A stretch of 38,753 nt of DNA, from positions 1-38,753 of the forward strand of contig LCOA01000001.1 in the NCBI GenBank assembly GCA_001002405.1. Reading direction: 5' to 3'. Source of the DNA: Candidatus Amesbacteria bacterium GW2011_GWA1_47_20 (lineage in GTDB: Bacteria > Patescibacteriota > Microgenomatia > CAZETR01 > Amesbacteraceae). Of this stretch, positions 35,805 through 38,753 are shown piece after piece (within the stretch, counting starts at the first letter, position 1; each line of letters starts with the position of its first letter). The notes under the pieces are model-generated. The model was not told where the DNA came from and ran no database searches. It saw nothing but the letters and a program-made list of their open reading frames with translations. Position numbers and translations under genes: made by a program.

Positions 35805-36618
35805 AAACGAAAGTCGTTGGGTTTGGTATGCCATTAAATCCGTTCTCGATTATGTGGATGAAGTGATGGTCTGGGATACGGGTTCTACAGACAACACCGC
35901 TCGGATCATTAAGTCCATCGGTAATCCAAAAATTTCATTCCGACAGATCGACATAACTTCTGACGAAACAGCTCTTTCACACGCCCGGCAACAGATGTTA
36001 AATCAGACAAATTCCGACTGGCTAATGATTTTGGATGGTGATGAGGTTTGGTTAGAGGAGTCGATCAAAAAGATTCAAGGCTTCATCAATAATGAAGGGC
36101 AAAATTTCGACTCTATTGTAGTTCCAACTTTAAATTGTGTTGGCGATATCTACCACATTATGCCTCCAAGTGCCGGCCAGTACCATATCGCAGGTCATGT
36201 TGGTCATTATAATTTGCGCTTTATCAATCTGAAAAGGATTTCCGGAGTCCACGTTGCCAATCCGCCGGGACAGCTGCAAAGTTATTTCGACAAACACGGG
36301 ACCAGAATTCAAGATCGGGATCCTAATCATATAGCCTTTATTGATGCTCCCTATCTTCATATGACTCACTTACGGCGTTCGGGTTCCCGAGAAAAAGAGA
36401 TGGAGGTTTTTTGGCGTCAACCAAAATTGAAAACAGAATTAGGCATCCGACTGGCTAGCTCTTTTTCGTTTCCCAAGTGTTTTTATTTTCCCCGTCCTGA
36501 AATTGTTTCTTCTCCATGGGAGAGAAGAAATCTCCTCTATACTCTCAATGCTGCCTGGCAAACCCCACTAAAATATATTAAGCGCCGAATATTTAAACAG
36601 GCACCATACAGTCCATAG
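35776..36618 (+). CDS. GT2 glycosyltransferase
   Basis: IVRNE, WDTGSTDNT, ILDGDEVW. Confidence 0.88.
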   Translation: MRIVAHTIVRNESRWVWYAIKSVLDYVDEVMVWDTGSTDNTARIIKSIGNPKISFRQIDITSDETALSHARQQMLNQTNSDWLMILDGDEVWLEESIKKIQGFINNEGQNFDSIVVPTLNCVGDIYHIMPPSAGQYHIAGHVGHYNLRFINLKRISGVHVANPPGQLQSYFDKHGTRIQDRDPNHIAFIDAPYLHMTHLRRSGSREKEMEVFWRQPKLKTELGIRLASSFSFPKCFYFPRPEIVSSPWERRNLLYTLNAAWQTPLKYIKRRIFKQAPYSP

Positions 36619-37263
36619 GCCGTCTTTCCAGTTAATTTTTTTTCCCTCGGAGTAACTTCTCCCAGAATAACTTATTCCCACTTCGTAAATCCGCACGCCC
36701 ATTTTGGCGGTCTTGATTGTAAACTCCGGCTCGAAACCAAACCGCTTTTCTTGCAGACCCAGTTTCTTAGCCACGTCGCGCGTAAAAGCTTTGTAGCACG
36801 TTTCCATATCTGTCAGATTCAAGTTCGTAATAGTGTTGGCTAATAGAGTGATGAATTTATTTCCTACAAAATGCCAAAAATACAACACCCGGTGCGGCTG
36901 ATTGCCCACAAACCTGGACCCAAACACTACATCAGCTTTTCCCGCCATAATCGGGCCTAGAACTTGTGGGTACTCATTCGGATCGTACTCCAAATCTGCA
37001 TCCTGAATGATAAACGTGTCGCCCTTGGCGATCTTTAGCGCGTCTCTAATCGCCGTTCCTTTTCCCTCATTTTTAGCTTTGTTAATTATTTTTATTTTTT
37101 TGTTTTGCGCTTTGCACTTGGCAATTTGAGTTTTTGTACCATCCGTCGATCCATCATTTACGACAATAATCTCTCTAACCAATTTATTAACCAATACTCG
37201 TTTGAGTACCCGGCTAATAGTTTTATCTTCGTTATACGCTGGTATAATGACAGTTAATCTCAT
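36568..37263 (-). CDS. GT2, polyprenol-phosphate glycosyltransferase (DPM1-like)
   Basis: VIIPAYNE, NDGSTDGT, GKG.A, IQDADLEYDP, TDMETCYK, RFGFEPE, GKKINWKDG. Confidence 0.92.
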   Translation of the reverse strand: MRLTVIIPAYNEDKTISRVLKRVLVNKLVREIIVVNDGSTDGTKTQIAKCKAQNKKIKIINKAKNEGKGTAIRDALKIAKGDTFIIQDADLEYDPNEYPQVLGPIMAGKADVVFGSRFVGNQPHRVLYFWHFVGNKFITLLANTITNLNLTDMETCYKAFTRDVAKKLGLQEKRFGFEPEFTIKTAKMGVRIYEVGISYSGRSYSEGKKINWKDGLWTVWCLFKYSALNIF

Positions 37264-37273
37264 TATCGCTGGA

Positions 37274-37282
37274 ATTTTAGCA
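37274..37282 (-). promoter_or_regulatory. Extended -10 promoter (TGn-TAAAAT)
   Basis: Minus strand TGCTAAAAT, 10 nt before the ATG at 37263; overlaps the first base of the divergent gene's ATG. Confidence 0.6.
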
Positions 37283-38142
37283 TGCGAGTCGTCTTTTTGT
37301 GTAAAAATTACGGATTGGTTAATAGGGGAGTGGAGACTTATGTTTCCGAGTTGTCATCCCGACTTAAACATTTGGGCATCGACGTTAATATCTATCCTCA
37401 TAGCGGTTATTTATCTAAAGCGGATATCGTTATATCTACCAACGGCAGATGGGACGCTATCAAGGCTAAAGTATGGTGCTTGGTGCACAATTCTAAATTA
37501 ATTATATCCGGTCAATCGGGACTAGGTTGGGACGACAAATTGAACTTGTGGCTCTTCCCGGACATCTTCGTAGGTTTATCAGATTATCAATGCCAATGGG
37601 CCAAAAGTATTAACCCGTTTGTAAAAGTGACTAAGATTCCCAACGGAGTAGACTTGCAAAAGTTCAACCCCAGAGCAAAGCCTCTCAAATTGAATTTATC
37701 CAAGCCGATTATCTTAAATGTGGGTGTGGTCACCAAAGATAAACGCCAATACCTGCTCAAACAAGCAATCCGGGGGTACTCATTATTATTGGTCGGAAAG
37801 GGCGGGGATATGGAATTTAGCCATCAAACTATGCCCTTTGTCTACACAGCTTGTGATTTGTTTTCTTACCCCACCTCTCCTTGGGAATCTTTTGGCATTG
37901 CCATGCTCGAGGCCATGGCTAGTGGTTTGCCGGTAGTAGCCACCGACGATCCTATCAGGAGAGAAATAGTTGGTAATGCAGGTCTATTTGTTGACCCCAC
38001 GGACTCTGCTGCTTACGCCCGGGTTTTAGAAAAGGCATTGAATACCAACTGGGGGGATAAACCCCGCCACCAGGCCGCCAAGTTTTCTTGGGACAAAATT
38101 GTCGCTCTTTATGATCTCTGTTTCCATAATTGCCTTAAATAA
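37282..38142 (+). CDS. GT4 glycosyltransferase, short (286 aa)
   Basis: RGVE, IPNGVD..KF, ESFGIAMLEAMASGLPVV, KFSWD. Confidence 0.88.
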   Translation: MRVVFLCKNYGLVNRGVETYVSELSSRLKHLGIDVNIYPHSGYLSKADIVISTNGRWDAIKAKVWCLVHNSKLIISGQSGLGWDDKLNLWLFPDIFVGLSDYQCQWAKSINPFVKVTKIPNGVDLQKFNPRAKPLKLNLSKPIILNVGVVTKDKRQYLLKQAIRGYSLLLVGKGGDMEFSHQTMPFVYTACDLFSYPTSPWESFGIAMLEAMASGLPVVATDDPIRREIVGNAGLFVDPTDSAAYARVLEKALNTNWGDKPRHQAAKFSWDKIVALYDLCFHNCLK

Positions 38143-38752
38143 AGAAGCTATCCTGCCTCAATGCCTGGACAGCGCCCGGCAAGTGTCTGACGACGTGGTT
38201 ATTGTCACTAATGCCGACCATAAGTTTATAAATTTCGCCGACCAAAAAAACTTCGCCGCATCGAAGTGCAAAAACGATTGGGTTCTATCTTTGGACGCCG
38301 ATGAAGAACTGTCTTCGGAACTTATTTCCGAACTAAAATCTCTGGATCTTAAATTTTCTGCATACAAAATTCCCAGATTAAACATCATCTTTGGCAAGCC
38401 CATCTTGCATACCAACTGGGAGCCTTCTGCTGATACCCACGTCTGGTTATACAACAAGACTCTCGGCCAATGGGCCAACCCAGTTCATGAGGAGGTTATA
38501 ACCACTGGTTTCGTGGGCACACTCCGGGGTCATAAAATTCACCATAGCTATCAGACTGTAGAAGAATTCCTGGATAAACTGAACGATTATACTTCCCACG
38601 AGACCAAAAGGTCTAATCCATTTTTTGATTTTCTCCGTCGCTACGTCTGGCACTTAGGATTTTTGGATGGTTGGCATGGATTGTTCTTAAGTTACCTCAT
38701 GTTTACTTACCACCTAGTCGTATGGGTAAAGAAAAATTCCTCCTCATCTTAG
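38111..38752 (+). CDS. GT2 glycosyltransferase (beta-1,4-glucosyltransferase/WaaE-like), short
   Basis: FADQKNFA, WVLSLDADE, PR.N, VHE, H.SY, K.N.YT, GFLDG.HG; TAG at 38750-38752. Start moved to the ATG at 38111. Confidence 0.88.
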   Translation: MISVSIIALNKEAILPQCLDSARQVSDDVVIVTNADHKFINFADQKNFAASKCKNDWVLSLDADEELSSELISELKSLDLKFSAYKIPRLNIIFGKPILHTNWEPSADTHVWLYNKTLGQWANPVHEEVITTGFVGTLRGHKIHHSYQTVEEFLDKLNDYTSHETKRSNPFFDFLRRYVWHLGFLDGWHGLFLSYLMFTYHLVVWVKKNSSSS

Positions 38753-38753
38753 T

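Noticed and set aside
22066-36643. Homopolymer tracts as phase-variation switches (A8 at 22066 and 32095, T8 at 36636, G6 at 31086)
   Set aside because: Lengths are unremarkable in AT-rich DNA and all frames are intact.
1-38753. Alternative genetic code (TGA read as Gly or Trp)
   Set aside because: TGA ends many full-length genes in ATGA overlaps and no gene needs read-through.

Overview
Most of the window (about 1650-38752) is one densely packed surface-glycan biosynthesis and decoration cluster. It encodes 7 GT2/GT-A proteins (two of the polyprenol-phosphate-sugar synthase type), 6 GT4s, 4 complete multi-membrane-spanning GT-C-like proteins plus the 3' end of a probable fifth, a Wzx-type flippase, RmlC/RmlD-like enzymes, a NodU/CmcH carbamoyltransferase and 10 stand-alone class I SAM methyltransferases. 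Gene content, tight packing, few Shine-Dalgarno sites and -10 boxes just upstream of start codons suggest a Patescibacteria/CPR genome using code 11 (inference, not verified). Three things stand out. (1) A coupled five-gene module at 16872-21162 (two Zn-MDR dehydrogenases, one TarJ-like, plus a GDPD-family phosphodiesterase and two BcbE-like nucleotidyltransferases) may make an unusual activated pentitol-phosphate or ketose donor. (2) An AAA+/DUF4143 ATPase cassette is flanked by a duplicated 3' end of the upstream gene, and the orphan copy is interrupted by a 129-bp IS200/IS605-like palindromic mini-element. (3) Four antisense gene islands with their own compact promoters interrupt the + strand gene run. 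No rRNA, tRNA, CRISPR array, integrase or transposase was seen. All family calls come from motif recognition by eye; no searches were run.
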